DNA of 64,000 nt from the human T2T-CHM13v2.0 reference genome, Homo sapiens (GCF_009914755.1 NC_060928.1); one strand, 5' to 3'. Positions 1-15,138 are shown, counted from the stretch's first letter. Translations and numbers: made by a program. Notes: a model not told the origin generated them from the sequence alone.

Positions 1-698
1 AAATTGCATATCAAAACATATTTTATAGTTTATTTTCCCTTTGTATATTACTTTGTCAAAACAATATTGATTAGTAATACAATCAGAATCTATCTCAGTT
101 GCAACTTTCTTTCAACTAATAGTTTCTAGGTTACTTTGGGTTGGAGCAATAGTGAATCAGAGAAACAGTAACAAATATTGGCAATGCAATTTTAGTCTTC
201 TAAAATAATGTTTAGTTATTCACAAATAAAAATAAAAACAAAAGAACAATTTTAGCATCACTAGACAGGAAATGGCATACTGTTTACAAATTAAGTGTAA
301 ATAATAATATACTTTGCAATTCTATAACATCTAAGGATTTCAAGGCTTTTTTATTGATATGATTTGCCATAATTTAGTTGTTAGAAGGAATAAAAGATAA
401 AAAGTTTAATAATCCATTGATTGAAATGGGCAATACAGCATGTTTTAATGGAAAAAAACTGGTTGAAATGAAAAAAAAAAAACTAAGTAATTGTGTCCCC
501 TTGGGTGGGTTTTTCTATTATGTTACATTCTGATAGCTTTCCTGTAGTTATTTTCTGTTGTGTTTCCTCATGCTATTTCACATGAATTATGAATCATAAA
601 TGAAACATTTATATGAATGTTTTACATGTTCACCTGTTGCATTAGCAGGATTTCTAGACAATCCTCAGGATCCCTGGGTTATACACTTTCAAGAAATC

Positions 699-1020
699 TG
701 GCCATGGTGGCTCACACCTCCCAGCACTTTGGGAGGTTGACATGGGAGGACTGCATAAGCCCAGGAGTTTGAGACTAGCCTGGGAAACATGGTGAGACAC
801 CATCTCTACAAAGAAAATAAAAATAAAAATTTACCCAGGCATGGTGGCACGTACCTGTGGTCCCAGATACTTGGGATTGTGAGGTAAGAGGATTGCTTGA
901 GTTCAGAAGATTAATTCTGAAGTGAGCTTGATCACACCCCTTCACTCCAACCTGGACAACAGAGCAAGATGCAATCTCAAAAAGAAAAAATAAAAACAAA
1001 ACCAACAAACAAACAAAAAG
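699..1020 (+). mobile_element. Alu SINE, old (AluJ-like)
   Basis: Two-arm Alu pattern from ggccatggtggctcacac through the middle A-rich linker to gcaatctc plus A-rich tail; heavily diverged. Confidence 0.93.
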
Positions 1021-1904
1021 AAAATTCTAAAAATACCTACATGCCTTACACCAAAGTCTCCTAGTCTTCAACAGTTTTTAAGCCCTTGATAAAGTCACTT
1101 CCTTTTTATGAGATTCTACTGGAGGGGCTTGTTTCATAAACAATTACCCTGGCTACCTGAGTGATGTGAGTTCTTTGTAATTGTGACACTTCTGTTGCCC
1201 ATTCCTGTCTGAAATTAAGGCTTCATATATGTTTTGAGTTAATAGGCAAATAGCTTACTCTTATCAGATGATTTTCTCATGCCCAGACCTACCTCTTATA
1301 TTTGCAGCACATGGATAAAGATGGAGGTTCACATATGCATACTTAAATATTTAAAATCACAAATAAACAAATGATCATACATAAAATGTGGTCTATACTA
1401 AGTTGAAAAATATGCTTTCATAGGAAATAAATAGCTCACAATGTAAACAATGCACTGTAATCCTCAACAACCATGTGTAGCTGTTGGAAATATTTTGTTA
1501 CTTTGTGATTATCACTGGAATCATGTATTGCGGCACATAAAAAAAACAATAAAAGAGGCCATTTACACTATCCAGAAAAAATGTTTTGTCATGCAAGAAT
1601 CTCTGTCTTTAATGTGACCTAAGAAGAAGGATTTGCCATGTTAATAATTTGTCCTTCCTCTTAATAAGACACCTCCCTGCTCAAATCCTGCCACACACCA
1701 GTCCCCAGACACAGTATCTATTGGTGAAGCTGGAAGTAGCCTAAACTGCATTTTGTTTTTATATCAAAGCAGAAAAGATGAGGATAAACCCTCTCCTTCC
1801 TCTGGAATACATTAATATCTAAAGTATTTAGGGTTATTGGTTTTGCTGTGCCAGATTTGAAGGCTAGATCCTGAGGAATATCTGAAAGTTCTAAAGTCCT
1901 AGAT

Positions 1905-1944
1905 TGTGTGTGTGTGTGTGTGTGTGACAGAGAGAGAGAGAGAG
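1905..1944. repeat. Compound (TG)n(AG)n microsatellite
   Basis: Directly visible tgtg... followed by agag... Confidence 0.95.
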
Positions 1945-1969
1945 AAAAAAAAGAGTTACAACTGAGATA

Positions 1970-2554
1970 TGTTGGAAAGAGAGTTTCTGGGGTGCCAGTT
2001 GAGTTGGTCTCCCCTGTGTGAGACACCCATGGGGAGCCATGGGCGGCCTCTGAGGAGAAAAGTCTCGTTATTGCATTCATGTCTTTATGCCGGGAGAGCA
2101 TAACCGCTCAGCTGCATTCCACAGGTTGCTCAGGGAGATAACACTCCCTTAAAGCAGTGGAGTATAATCAAACATCTTGGCTCCTCCTGAAACCCACTCC
2201 CACCTGTTTCAGTCCCAATAAGTTAAAGATCTTAAGTAGTTAGACACATGCCTTTGCTCAAGGAAATTCACAGAAACCGCCACTGCTATACATCTGATTG
2301 AATGACTCACAAGTTCTCCTTCAGTGATTAATCCTTTTCCTCATCCTTTCCTCCCCCTCCCATCTGCCCTAAGAACAAAGAGCTTGTAAACCAATAAATT
2401 GGGCGGCGCCCAGAGCTCTAGGCCTTGAGCAAGCCTCCGATGATCCGGTCTCCTGGACCCGCCTTTTAAACGCTTATTCTGTCGCTTTCCAACTCCTTTG
2501 TCTTCGCCAGACTCGGGGTACCCGCTGGGTGGTGTGGGGCTGGTTTCCCCAACA
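1970..2554 (+). mobile_element. Solo LTR, ERVK class (LTR14-like, probably LTR14C / HERV-K14)
   Basis: 585 bp bounded by inverted termini TGTTGG...CCAACA; AATAAA at 2393-2398; CpG-retaining; resembles the recalled LTR14 consensus (gagtttctggggtgccagttgagttggtctcccc ... gtggggctggtttccccaaca). Confidence 0.8.
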
Positions 2555-2941
2555 TCATACATTCTTCTTTTATTACTAATCAATATTATTTTGACAAGAT
2601 AATATACAAGGGAAAATAAGAGAGACTGAGAACATCTAAAGCACAAGTCTCAGGTTACAGGCTCCTCTTACCTTATCATGTCACCTACATGGTTCTTTCC
2701 TTCAAATGTAGCCCTCTGCACCTCAGTATCACTCCATGCATGGAACAAATGCCCCTTTGGGCATTGCAGCTTTTTGTTTAGGTAGGTCTTTTCTATATAA
2801 TTTATTTATCCATTGGTGATAATTTCTCAAAGGCCTTATTATTCTTCCTTCCGGAACAGCCTTCTTTCAACCCTCCCAAACCCCACTCCCACCCACAGCT
2901 ATCAAACAGGTATATGTTTGAACTGGTTGAGACTAACTTTA

Positions 2942-3258
2942 TTATTTATTTATTTATTTACTTATTTATCGAGACGGAGTCTCTGTGGCCCACGCTGGAG
3001 AGAACCCACGTAATCTTGGCTCACTGCAACCTCCGTCTCCCAGGTTCAAGGGATTCGCAGATTCTCATGCCTCAGCCTCTCCGGAAGCTGGGACTGCAGG
3101 TGCATGCCACCACGCCCGGCTAATTTTTTGTATTTTTAGTAGAGATGGGGTTTCCCCGTTTTGGCCAGTCTGGTCTTAATTGCCTGGCTTCAAGTGATCC
3201 ATCCGCGTCGGCCTCCCAAAGTGTTGGGATTACAAGCGTGAGCCGCGGTGTCTGACCC
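2942..3258 (-). mobile_element. Alu SINE (AluS/J-like) with (TTTA)n tail
   Basis: Reverse-complement Alu; 12-bp TSD agactaacttta at 2930-2941 and 3259-3270. Confidence 0.95.
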
Positions 3259-4513
3259 AGACTAACTTTAAATTGTTTTCCCGCAGACTTTCTGGATTCC
3301 ATGCAAATGAAGATAGACTAGCATTTTAAGTGTTTCTGAACAACCTCAGACTTGTGAGAAGTTTCTCAGATTTTTACACCCACCCCAGCCTTCAGCAAAG
3401 GACTCTACTAAGATATATCACCTTATTCTATAAACTATAGCTAGTGCTTTTGCTCTTGAAGCCTCAGGAATTATTGCCACATATAACTTCAGCACTTTCT
3501 CTCTAAGAAAATAACAATATAATATAAAATGAGATTGTATATGGTATCTTAAATCCCCACACTAAATGTTGCCATCCATGGAATGGATGCAATGGAAGCA
3601 TCCATTGACATTTAAATTTGGGGAATATGAATTTGGTTATGTTAGCATTAAATTTAACTGTACTCACTTTCACCTCAAAGTTTCTACAAAAATCACCTCA
3701 ACTGGTAATGTTTCTGGAAGAAAGATGTCAAAAATTTTGGAATTTTTCTTACACCGTATACAAAATATTTTCTACCCAGAGAAAGGGAGAATGACATTAA
3801 GTGGGCTGAAATTTATTAGGGAAAGAAATAATAAGAAATACTGTTTGGTCAAGAGATTGTGTTTCTAAGATGACATGAGATACATACATCCTAGTATTAG
3901 GAAAGCATTGTTTAGCATTTGGTCTACAAAAAGTAATTACTATAAGTAAGTTTTAATCAATATTTACTATTTATCATGTCAAATAAATTTGCTGGGTCAT
4001 AATCATAGTAAGCTCATATTTGCAGTAGTATTTTAATTTTTTGATACCTGCTTGCTTTATAGAAGATGTATATATAAATATACCCTATAAAGAGATATGA
4101 TTAGGAAGATGAGAATAAAAATTATTAAAATATTAATTTCAAAGTTTGGGGGATAAAAATAATGGCAAATGACTCTTTTCTGCTTCTACATATCCTCTGT
4201 ATTAATTGTCAGGATGCTATTAATGACTGTCATCTTAGTTTAACAATGAGCAATTAAGTATCACCTAAATCTGACAGAGCATATGGTACCAAAAGCTGTA
4301 GCGTGCACTCTAATAAATGATACAGCTTCTGTTTCCACTGAGGATAAAAATAAGTTTATGTTGAATGTTAATGGAATGTTTTCTGTTTCTTCTGTCAGAT
4401 ACTTCTTTCAAGTGTACAACAGATGATAGAAATGGATATTTTTCATGCTGCTTAAATTGGATCATTATCCCCTTTATTTGGATAAAAAGTAATCCAGAAA
4501 ATATGATGCCAGT

Positions 4514-4940
4514 TGTCTTAGTCCATTTTGTGTTGCTATAACACTATACTCGAGGCTACATAATGTATAAACGTTTATTTGGCTTATGATCCTGCTGGCT
4601 GGAAAGACCAAGATTGGACAGCTGCTTCTAGCGAGGACCTTACGCTGCTTCCTCTCATGGCAGAAAGTGAAAGGAGAAGATCATATGGTGAGAGAGGAAA
4701 CAAGGGATGAAAACCAGGGAAGCCAGACTCTTTTTAACAACCCTCTGTCATGGGAACTAATCCATTTCTCCAAGAGCGAGAACATATTTCAACCCCATAG
4801 GAGGGTTTTAACTTATTTATGAGGGATCCACTCCCATGACCCAAACACCTTCTACTGGGGACCACACCCAATATTGCCACATTGGGGATCAAGTTTCAAT
4901 ATGAGTTTTGGATGAAACAAACCATATTCAAACCATAGCA
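4514..4940 (-). mobile_element. MaLR solo LTR (MST family, MSTB/C/D-like)
   Basis: Ends tgtcttagtccattttgtgttgctataac ... aaaccatagca match the reverse complement of the MST consensus termini. Confidence 0.85.
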
Positions 4941-5369
4941 ATCAACAAATCATTTTCAATTTCAAATTATACAATAATTTTGAATAATTTTTGTTAAAAA
5001 TTAGCTGGTTTCTATGAATTTCACATTACTACAATCAACCTATTGTTAGTACCCTGTTTTGAAATATTGCTAATTTTTTATTTATAAAAAGATACTTCAG
5101 GCTGAACCTTGTTTGAAGATACTTTATTTAGAATGCTAATTATTCTTACCACAAAATATTTTAATTAGGATTCAAGAGATATATTTCAAATAAGAACTTG
5201 GGCAATTTTAATTTCTAAAGCTTAAAATTATTAAGCTGTATGTTTTTCATATTATTTATATTATTAATCTGCAATACAACTATAATAATTTATTTATTTA
5301 TATATTTTTAAAGTCACCAAAATCATTGTTTAATGAAGTAAAATCTACTACACTGAAGTGATTGCTCTG

Positions 5370-5756
5370 TTGTGTCATCCAGATTCCTCTATTATTATGA
5401 GTGATGCAACTGTTAGCAGACATCTACCAAACACTCCTGGACTGGTCCTTGGACAAATAGAACCTTTTTTTTCTAAACTCACACCCGGAGAGCAAGCTTG
5501 ATACTAATGATTGATCAATGCATGAGTACAAAAACCTGGCCTCTCTCTCGAATTACAGATAACCTTGTAGAAATATTTCAGAGTCATAACTCTCTGTGGG
5601 GTTGCCTGAGGTCTTTGTTGAGACTGCATTGCAGCCCAAATTCTCCCTTTGTTGAATCCTGCCTTCTCCCTTTCGTCATAGATATTAATCATAACAAACA
5701 TCCATCACACTGAACTACATAAAAGAAATTGCTTTCCAAATGATATTATCTGCAAC
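5370..5756 (+). mobile_element. Old ERVL LTR (LTR16-like)
   Basis: gagactgcattgcagcccaaattctccctttg...aatcctgccttc and terminal tctgcaaca resemble the LTR16 3' half; left boundary approximate. Confidence 0.55.
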
Positions 5757-5899
5757 ATTTACTCCATGGTGAAAAGAGATAATATATACTTTTAAATTAT
5801 TGTTCATTAAAATGCAATGAAACTTTCAATTTCAGACAAGGTGGTATAACCAGAATACTGTTTATCTACCCAGAAATAAAAAATGCATACACACCAAAT

Positions 5900-6170
5900 A
5901 TATGTAGTGATTGTGCTCCCACCAAGGCCATGCGAGAAACTACTGGGTCCTCACTGTGAGAATCTTATAGGCTTCCTGAAGAAGAAGCCCAAGAAAGTTG
6001 TGTGGCTTTTTGAACACTGCGACCCTCAGGATTTTCTCTTTTGCATGAGTCCATATTTAGACTCTACCAGTTCATCAAAATTGTCATTTAAATGTTTGTG
6101 GCTCTGGTGACTTTTGCTACAGGTAACAAGATCTCAGTTGCTGCACATCTCTGGATGTGCATATCTTCCT
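5900..6170 (-). mobile_element. Ancient L1M 5'-region fragment
   Basis: cactgtgagaatc...ggcttcctg and agttcatcaaaattgtcattt motifs resemble old L1M 5' ends; very diverged. Confidence 0.4.
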
Positions 6171-7604
6171 ATATACATAATTATAAGAAGGAAAATAGAA
6201 TATATCAAAATATTGTTATCTCTTGTCTAGCTTGAGTGATTAAAGGTGATCTTTATTTTTCTTTTTATCCTTGGTACATTTAAAACGTTTTTTACAATAT
6301 TTTTATAGTAAGTAAATTATCCTAAATTTCATTGGCTACAATGTTAGAACTGATGGAGGGAATTAAATGTTTCACCACTATTAACAAAAATCACAAGACT
6401 CTATACTTCATTTAGTGATAGATAAAAATAGTTACCAAATTGAATATTGCCTTTCTCTCAGAATCTCATTTCCTATTCCAGTCACATCATAGAATCCAAT
6501 CCTGAGTTCGCTGGATGCCAAGTATGCAGTAATTTAGTCAGATCATCAAAGGAGAATTCATCAATATTTGGTCAGAATAAATGGAGTGTCAGAAATAGGG
6601 ATTGAAAAGTGAAAAAGGAGCATTAAAAGCCATAAATAATGTTTTAATAAAGATATAGGAGAATAGAAGAACTAAGGAGAGTAGACATGTAAGGCTACTA
6701 AAAGAAGGATATTAAAATAAGAAAAAAGGATATCTTGTTTAGTTACAGATTTGAACAAACCAACACTAAAAAAATTATATACATATGAAAATTTAGAATT
6801 GAGGATCTCTATCTTGATTATATTAAGAAAATATTTTGTTTTTCATAATTGTGGTAGTTATATTTTAGTGATACGTGCTTACAGATAACATAATATTTGG
6901 GGCTTACTTTAAAGTAATCCAGTGGGTTGGAAGTATAGATTAAACAAGAGTGTTGGAATGTTTATAATTATACTGCCTATGTTTATGTATTTCAATAATC
7001 AGTTAAATAAAAAATGAAGGAGCAAAGAAAATACATGATTATAATAGTGAACATCTATAAAAAAGGAGAACTTTACATTAATGAGAAGACTCAGGGTGAC
7101 CTTCAGGCCTGCCCTGTGCTCTTAAGCATAGACTTCATTTTCCTACTGAAAATTTTTGGACAAGTTCTCTTCTATCTGCTTTGATTGTCTCATCTCCAAA
7201 GAGTGGTTCATTCTTTGAGAACATAATGTAAAGGTATTCAGTGAGAAGAATAGTTTTGAAATGTGTAGCATGGTAACTACTATGTATATAGAACTTCATA
7301 TGTATTATTAGCTATTAAAATTACTTTCTTGAATGGTGGCTAAAATAAATAATAACTGTAGCTTCATTTATTGTTTGTAAGAATCAACGGGAATATATGA
7401 TTTAGATTTTATTTTTTCTACAGATTCAGTTAAGTTGATAGAGCATACTGCAGCTATTGCTACTCCCTAGATATTGAGCTAAGCTTGGGTTTAGAAACTA
7501 AAAACAAACATGACACAGTCCAGGTCTACCCACTTTAAGAACCTTAGGATCTAGGGGTGAGGGAGAAGGATAACCAGGTAGAGGGAGGAAGAGATACTTT
7601 AAAA

Positions 7605-7750
7605 ACACAAAAAGTAATGATAAATTGTTAAAATAATACATATGGTAATTATCCTGATTTGATCATTATACAAATGTATATAGGCATTGAAACATCACAT
7701 TGTACTTCATAAATATGTACAATTATGTCAATTATAAATTAAAAATTAAT
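7605..7750 (+). mobile_element. L1MA 3'-end fragment
   Basis: cctgatttgatcattatac...gaaacatcacattgtac...taaatatgtacaattat is typical of an L1MA 3' terminus. Confidence 0.75.
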
Positions 7751-8465
7751 TAAATAGTAAGGAAACGAAGGTACAGTTTTAGTGATTTTCCCGTATTAAA
7801 GGAATTCAGTAGTGTCAAGGATAAGAATATACATTTCCTAAATCCAGATTTCCCAAATTATGGGTCTTTGCTCTTTTTTGTGTGTTACACTGTCTGCCAT
7901 GCTATTTTTTCAGAAAAGCAAGTTGGAACGGGCAGAAGAAAAATCTACCCTAACAATGAATGTCTATGTATGCACATTTTTCCAAATGAATTGGATCTGT
8001 GATGTCAGGGGCTCATTTTGTTTTTGTTTCTCACTATTGATTTCATAGTTTGGACAGCCCTTGGCCATAAGTAGGTGAATAATAAATATTTCTTGGATTA
8101 TTGAATAAATGAATGAACCAGATATATGTATTTTACCAGGTTTTGTTGAGATAATTCATTGTTGTATATGTTAATACACAGAAAACACCATTCCTCTGTG
8201 GTTTGATTATTTTCTTCATAATAACAATATGCATTTAAAAGTTAAATAAAATTATAATAAAAAAGTAGCATTTAGCTAGTTTGTAATAATTTGTTAAAAA
8301 AATTGAGCTATTCCAGCTCAAGGGAAAGACCTCATAATTGATGGTGCCCTCACAATCTGAACTCCGAATAAAATTTTAACTTATGTACATAAAATAGATC
8401 ATTTGCTGTTTATATTTTTGAGCATTTTAATCCATTTCACAGATAAGTATTAGTACTATAGCTAG

Positions 8466-8892
<427 letters not shown>

Positions 8893-11159
8893 AGAAGCCT
8901 CAATTTTTTACCAAGATGAGAACTGATGTTTTGAGAGGTTTCTAGAAGGTGAATTCACTTTCGTTCAGAAATTAGAGATGCAGATGATGCACAAGCAAGA
9001 ATTTTAAATAATATTTTGTATTTTTACTGCAATGTATTTTAACTTATATATGTGGTTAACTCCTTTCTCATGCTCAGTTTTTTTTGTTTATTTGTTTTGC
9101 TTTTATTTACTCTGTGCCTGAATTTTCATTGAGCACTTGCTAAGGAACTGTTGTGAGCCAATATTATTCTTGCTCTCATGTATGTAGCAAGAAGCCTTAA
9201 GAAAGATTTATTAGAAAAAAAAATGACTATAGAAATACAAGGCATGATTTGTGTTTATGGTGAGAAATTGAAAAGGAAAAGATGCAGGGTATATTTCTAA
9301 GGATTCTACAACCCTATCTGATCAGGCTGATAGCTCTGACCTTCCATTTGTACAGAGTAAGAAGGTTTCTAATTGTTTGCAGATCACTTAGCAATTGATG
9401 GTGCCATTTTCCTTGGGCAGCCCATTTGCCAATCGATATTTTCTGGCAGAGTCAAAGTTTAGCAAGACATAACGAGAGTAACTGAAATGTCTCCATTAAT
9501 AGAGAAATCCCACGAGCAGAAACTGTGAGACAAGAGAGTCAAGAAATTTTGTTTATTCCACAAACAAGTACTAAGTTTACTATCTATGAAACCATCAAGG
9601 ATACAGGCACTTAAAGGTATTCACACTTCAATTACTAGTATTAAATATATTTCTTCACTGCCTTGCTTTTATGTAAGGATAATTATTAAATAATATATTT
9701 AAAATAAACCATTAAGTAATAGCTCTTTTAATTTGAGAAAGAAATTATGTAAACATTCAAGTAATAATGAACAATTAAATTTTATTGAAAGACGTATTTC
9801 ATAAAGATAGATTTATAGGTTTTAATTTTTTTTTAAATTCTTACATTCTTAATTGCTATTTGCCATAGTACTTGCTGATTTCATCCTTTCTTTTCTACTA
9901 AAGCATGAAAATTCAAGTAGGTTGGCTATATGGGGATGATGAAAATACTTCATCCATAACACTCTTCCACTGCATTGTTTTTTCATCCATAATGCAACTC
10001 TTTATGGGTCTCTGATCTATCACAATGGCTGTCAAAATGATTGATGAAGCTGCTGCTTAAAAAATATTTAGACGCTTGGGTCGTTAGGTTTGTGGCAAAG
10101 GGCAATGGAAAGCCTTGTGAACGTGACTAAACTACATTTTTGGTGGGTCAAAAAGGCTAGTTTTTATACAAAGGAATTATTAGGTAAAGTGTTATTCAAA
10201 AGTAATTTTTAGCAGAAAACATTGTTTTAAATTGGTCTGGGACTACGTGTTGCATGATGGATCATAGCTGAATCATTTATGAAACACTGAAGGACCACAT
10301 GAACAAAAGTCTCTTCAAGGATCAATGTTAAGAATCTAGGTGTTCCATTTATACTACAAAGTTAGGTTTAAATTTATGTAAACCTCAGTTACTTGTATTA
10401 TGACATCTTTTTGCTTCATCTTCCTTCTTATTTTCTAGAACTTATGCATAGAGATAAGACACTGATTTCTCAAACTAATTTATCCATTGTTAGTTAACTT
10501 GTAGCAAGAAAATTAATGGGCTATGGGAGCCAGATAAAGCAAGATTCCAATCTTCATTCTACCATATACCCAACGAGTCTTTATTTGCTTATCTTTAAAT
10601 GGGGCTAATGAAAATTAAATCCCATAATTACTGAGATTTCAAGGTAATAATTCATTAAATAGTTCAAACAGACTTAACAGATATTAATCTTCCTTTCACT
10701 ATAAATTTAACTCAAAATATAATGAATTTGAAGAAAATTACAAATGATATGTTGTAGAACTTGTTTAGAAGAAACAAAAGCAAATTTTCAAAAGGTGGAG
10801 TTTGGCAAAATAATTTTGAAAACAATAGCTATTCTATAAATTGACACTAATCATGATTCATTGCCCCCCAAAATAAATAAGAATAGAAAACATAATTAAT
10901 CAAAGAAATAAGCAAAAACCTAATTCAAACAAAGAAAAAGCATTTTTTGAAAAGATTCCTAACATGAAAATGAGAAAATAAATAATTTACAAACACAATC
11001 AATTGAACACTTAGATCAATTACAAAAAATTGCTAATTTAGAAATTAAAGAATCATATTGATATTGCACAAAAATGAACACAATTGACATTTTCCAGCTT
11101 CTGCCCTTTGTGCTTTTCTTTTGATTCACATAGAATGCTTATGTTATTATTATGTACAC

Positions 11160-11270
11160 ATCAGAACATAAGCTGCAGGAGGGCGGGCAGTTTTGTCTGT
11201 TTACAAATGTACCTCATGTACCTAAAACAATGCCTGATATGTAGTAGAGTCTCAGAAAATATTTTTTAAC
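11160..11270 (+). mobile_element. L2 3'-end fragment (tail resumes near 11482-11508)
   Basis: agaacataagct...gagggc...acaatgcctgatatgtagtag...ctcagaaaatatt is the L2a terminus; tgaa-type tail follows the nested L1. Confidence 0.7.
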
Positions 11271-11284
11271 ATTTTTAAGCAAGA

Positions 11285-11460
11285 AGCGAAGCTCTCATCA
11301 CACACACAAAAATGATAAATATTAGAGGGAATGGATATACAAAATACCATGAACTGATTTTTTATGCATTGTATCCATGTACCAAAACATCACACTGTAC
11401 TCCATAGTATGTACAATTATCATATGTCAAGTAATTAAAAATAAAATTTAAAAGAAATAA
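11285..11460 (+). mobile_element. L1MA 3'-end fragment nested in L2
   Basis: ctcatcacacacacaaaaatgataa...aaacatcacactgtactccata...tgtacaattat followed by A-rich tail. Confidence 0.75.
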
Positions 11461-11661
11461 GTAAAGAAAAGAATAAGTGAAAGAAAAATGAATACATAAA
11501 TGAATGGACAAACAGGATACTTTCCCACAATAACCTGCCCTTTTCACTCTGTTAAAAATTAAATAGGTGTCAACTGTACAGAAGTGGATGTTATTATTAA
11601 CCCTCTTTCACAGGGGAGAGAACTGGGCACTAAACCTTCATAAAAGGAAATCACATCTCTT

Positions 11662-11990
11662 GGCCGGGCGTGGTGGCTCACGCCTGTAATCCCAGCACTT
11701 TGGGAGGCCGAGGTGGGTGGATCACCAGGTCAGGAGATCAACACCGTCCTGGCTAACAGGGTGAAACCCCGTCTCTACTAAAAATACAAAAAAAAAAAAA
11801 AAATAGGTGTGGTGGCGGGCGCCTGTAGTCCCAGCTACTCAGGAGGCTGAGGCAAGAGAATGGTGTGAACCTGGGAGGCGGAGCTTGCAGTGAGCTGAGA
11901 TAGCGCCACTGCACTTCAGCCTGGGCGGCAGAGTGAGACACTGTCTCAAAAAAAAAAAAAAAAAAAAAGGAAAAGAAAAAAAAGAAAAAA
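11662..11990 (+). mobile_element. AluY
   Basis: Full length with ggcggagcttgcagtgag and ggcgggcgcctgtagtccc; TSD gaaat(c/a)acatctct at 11647-11660 and 11991-12004. Confidence 0.96.
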
Positions 11991-13700
11991 GAAATAACAT
12001 CTCTGTTAAAGGGTAAAGACAAAACAGAAATCCACTCCATAAGACTCAGGTGGTCTTGCTTTATTCTATTGTGTCCCAACTACTGGATAAATTCTAGACT
12101 TATTGATCATATTTTATTGCTATTTCAATTATTGTTATTTTCAGCTTTAATATCTATATATAAGTTTCCTCTTTGATTCCCTGGATTATATTTAACATTT
12201 TCTTTATAACTCTTTAATTTGAACATTTATTTATTTTTACTCTTTTGTGACTAATATTGGAAACCAGAAACCCAAAAAGACAACTTTTGTGGAAACTGAT
12301 TTTTATATAATGTATTCAGTCATTGCCATTATGTCAGTAGTCAAAAATTTCAGTTTTCCTTTGTTATACTGATTTCTTAGACTAATATTTAATTTCTAGA
12401 GGGGCTAGACATTTTTAAAACTTTAGCTGTTGATTTTGCAATTATATTTCTGCATGAATTATACTTAGATACATTTGTGTTTTATATAAACATAAATCAC
12501 TTTATGTTTCAAGGATATATGAAATAAACATGTATTCTCTTTTCTTTCCTATGATATAAATATCTAGGACTCTATAATGACAAGATGTGATAATTCAATG
12601 TGCTCATTAAGATAACTATTGATCTTCTTTTATCTTTTCTTACAGTTTGTGATTTGCTTTTGTTTTCTTTTTCAGGTGTTTGGTATATGTATTTGCTATT
12701 TTATCCTCTATTATTTGAATTTTTATTGTTAGATTTTAAATTTTTAGTTTATTTATTAAAAATAACAAGAAATAAATATAATTCTACATACATCTATTGT
12801 AAGCTGAGATGAGCTCCCTTTTAATTATTCCCTTAATTCCACTCATTTCCAAATTTTGTACATACAATGTAAGGGTTTAGATTCACATTTTTAATCTTGG
12901 TAATTTTTTCATGTAATAGCTATGCATTTCTACTAAGGTTCCTAACCACTTAAATATATTTACTTAGCTCTAATTATGCTTTACTTTTTTCCTTCCACAT
13001 TGTCAACCTTTGCGTCATAACTTTCCTGTGTATCACTTTCAAATTTCAATATTTTATTGGAATAAATATATATAATTTCACCTTCCCATATTTTAGAATA
13101 TATACTTAAAACTTTAGTATTCTTTTATAGTAAAACAGAATAATTCTACACATAATTTGTAACAAATCAGGTTTCTAACTCTAATAGTTGAGGCTATAGG
13201 GTGTTAATATTAAAAAAAATTCACTTTTTGTAAAATGTTCCAGTAATAGGCATGTTTAGCTATATTATTTAGCTATATTATCGTGCCAGCAGGGAGTCCT
13301 AAATTGCTTACAGAAGATTAAAGTCAAGGAGGTCACAGAAATGGGTCTTGACAACTAAAATGTTTTCTAGTAGACTTGATATATTCTGAAATTGTTTATA
13401 AGACCGATTTGTGCCTTAGGCACTGTGATTTTACAGAAAATAAGGTCAATACATAACTCAAAAAGTAACTTAACCGATTTAGTTTCCTGTCTTTCTGCCC
13501 TTGTTATTCATTAAACTATTTAAGCAACAATATATTTTTTTACTCCCTACTCAACTTCCCCATTTGATCAGTTTGAGGGCTATTTTGTTATTGTGGATGA
13601 AAACCAATAACTGGGGTAATTCACAGGGGCAGGGCTATGGAAAGTATATTGAACTTTCTTTAGAATTTGATTTTTCTGTTTACTATGCCTGTGAAATTGA

Positions 13701-14039
<339 letters not shown>

Positions 14040-14199
14040 AGAACTTCAGTTTTCTTATCTGCATGGAAAAATTAACAAAAACATCAAAGACAACTTGTAT
14101 ATACAAGGAAAACATGTATTACATAAACTCTAAAATGCTATTCAAATAGGAAGTATTATTTAACACACAGTGAAGTATCATACAGGTTGTCAAGCCCAG

Positions 14200-14710
14200 A
14201 CACCTAGAAATCTTCATTTTCAGTCAGCGTCCACATTAGCCTATGCAAAAGTCCTCATTCATATCCACGTCTCTCATCCCACGATTGATCTCAAACCACA
14301 CACCACTTCTTTATCTCTCTCTTCATCTCTTTCTGTCTCTATCTCTATCTTTCTCTATCTCTATCATCTCACTCCACTGTCCCTGCCTTAGTCCAGGACC
14401 ACAACTAGTAGAAAAGCCTCTAAACAGGTTTCTGGCTTCCACTTATAACACTAAAATATGCTCCACACAAAAGTCAGAACAATCTTTTGAAATGTAGATC
14501 AGGTCATTCCATTACCTCATTTAATGCTGCAATAAAATTCAAATGCCTGACTGTGCTTTTTATTGCTCTTTGAGATCTTACATTGCCCCAGCCTTGCAAC
14601 TGCTTAGAGGTGCTCTCTTGGGTTCCAGCCACACCTGCTTCCTTGGCATATAGCACAATTCCCAATAGAGAGTAGGCATCTGATATACATATTTCAATGG
14701 AATAACTGAA
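14200..14710 (+). mobile_element. L2 fragment
   Basis: gcctctaaacagg...ctccacac...cttttgaaatgtagatcaggtcat and cagccacacctgcttccttg are L2 3'-region motifs. Confidence 0.6.
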
Positions 14711-15112
14711 GTAACATCTCATACATTGAAAGAAAGAACTCAAATTAGAACTCAAATTAGAAAAGTAGACCATGGGCAACAAAATGAACGTTCTCTAATT
14801 CTAGCAGCTATCTTTTATACACATATACACATACACCTTTTGCCACTGTCTGTGGTTTTTTTGTCTGCATCAGCGTGAATACTAAATGTTATTTATTAAA
14901 AATTATTCCTTTTTTGAAGCTGACTTCTCCATTGTCTTTGTTCTCCTTAGTTTTCCTTAAGTATGTTTTCTTCTTTGATATCTCCATAAATATTTGTAAT
15001 GACATTGAATTAATATAAACTATTTTGCATAAATATGATGCATTATATACCTTGCCTCCAAAATATTAATACTTTTTTCATGTTAATTTCATTAACTTTT
15101 ATTTTATTTCCC

Positions 15113-15138
15113 GTGCGTGTGTGTGTGTGTGTGTGTGT
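15113..15138. repeat. (GT)n microsatellite
   Basis: Directly visible. Confidence 0.9.

Noticed and set aside
1718-2646. 127-aa and 101-aa minus-strand ORFs
   Set aside because: They run through an LTR and a microsatellite, with no protein-like features.
4380-4400. Strong-looking splice acceptors here (ttctgtttcttctgtcag) and near 12660-12676
   Set aside because: No matching donor or coding frame; such tracts are frequent in T-rich DNA.
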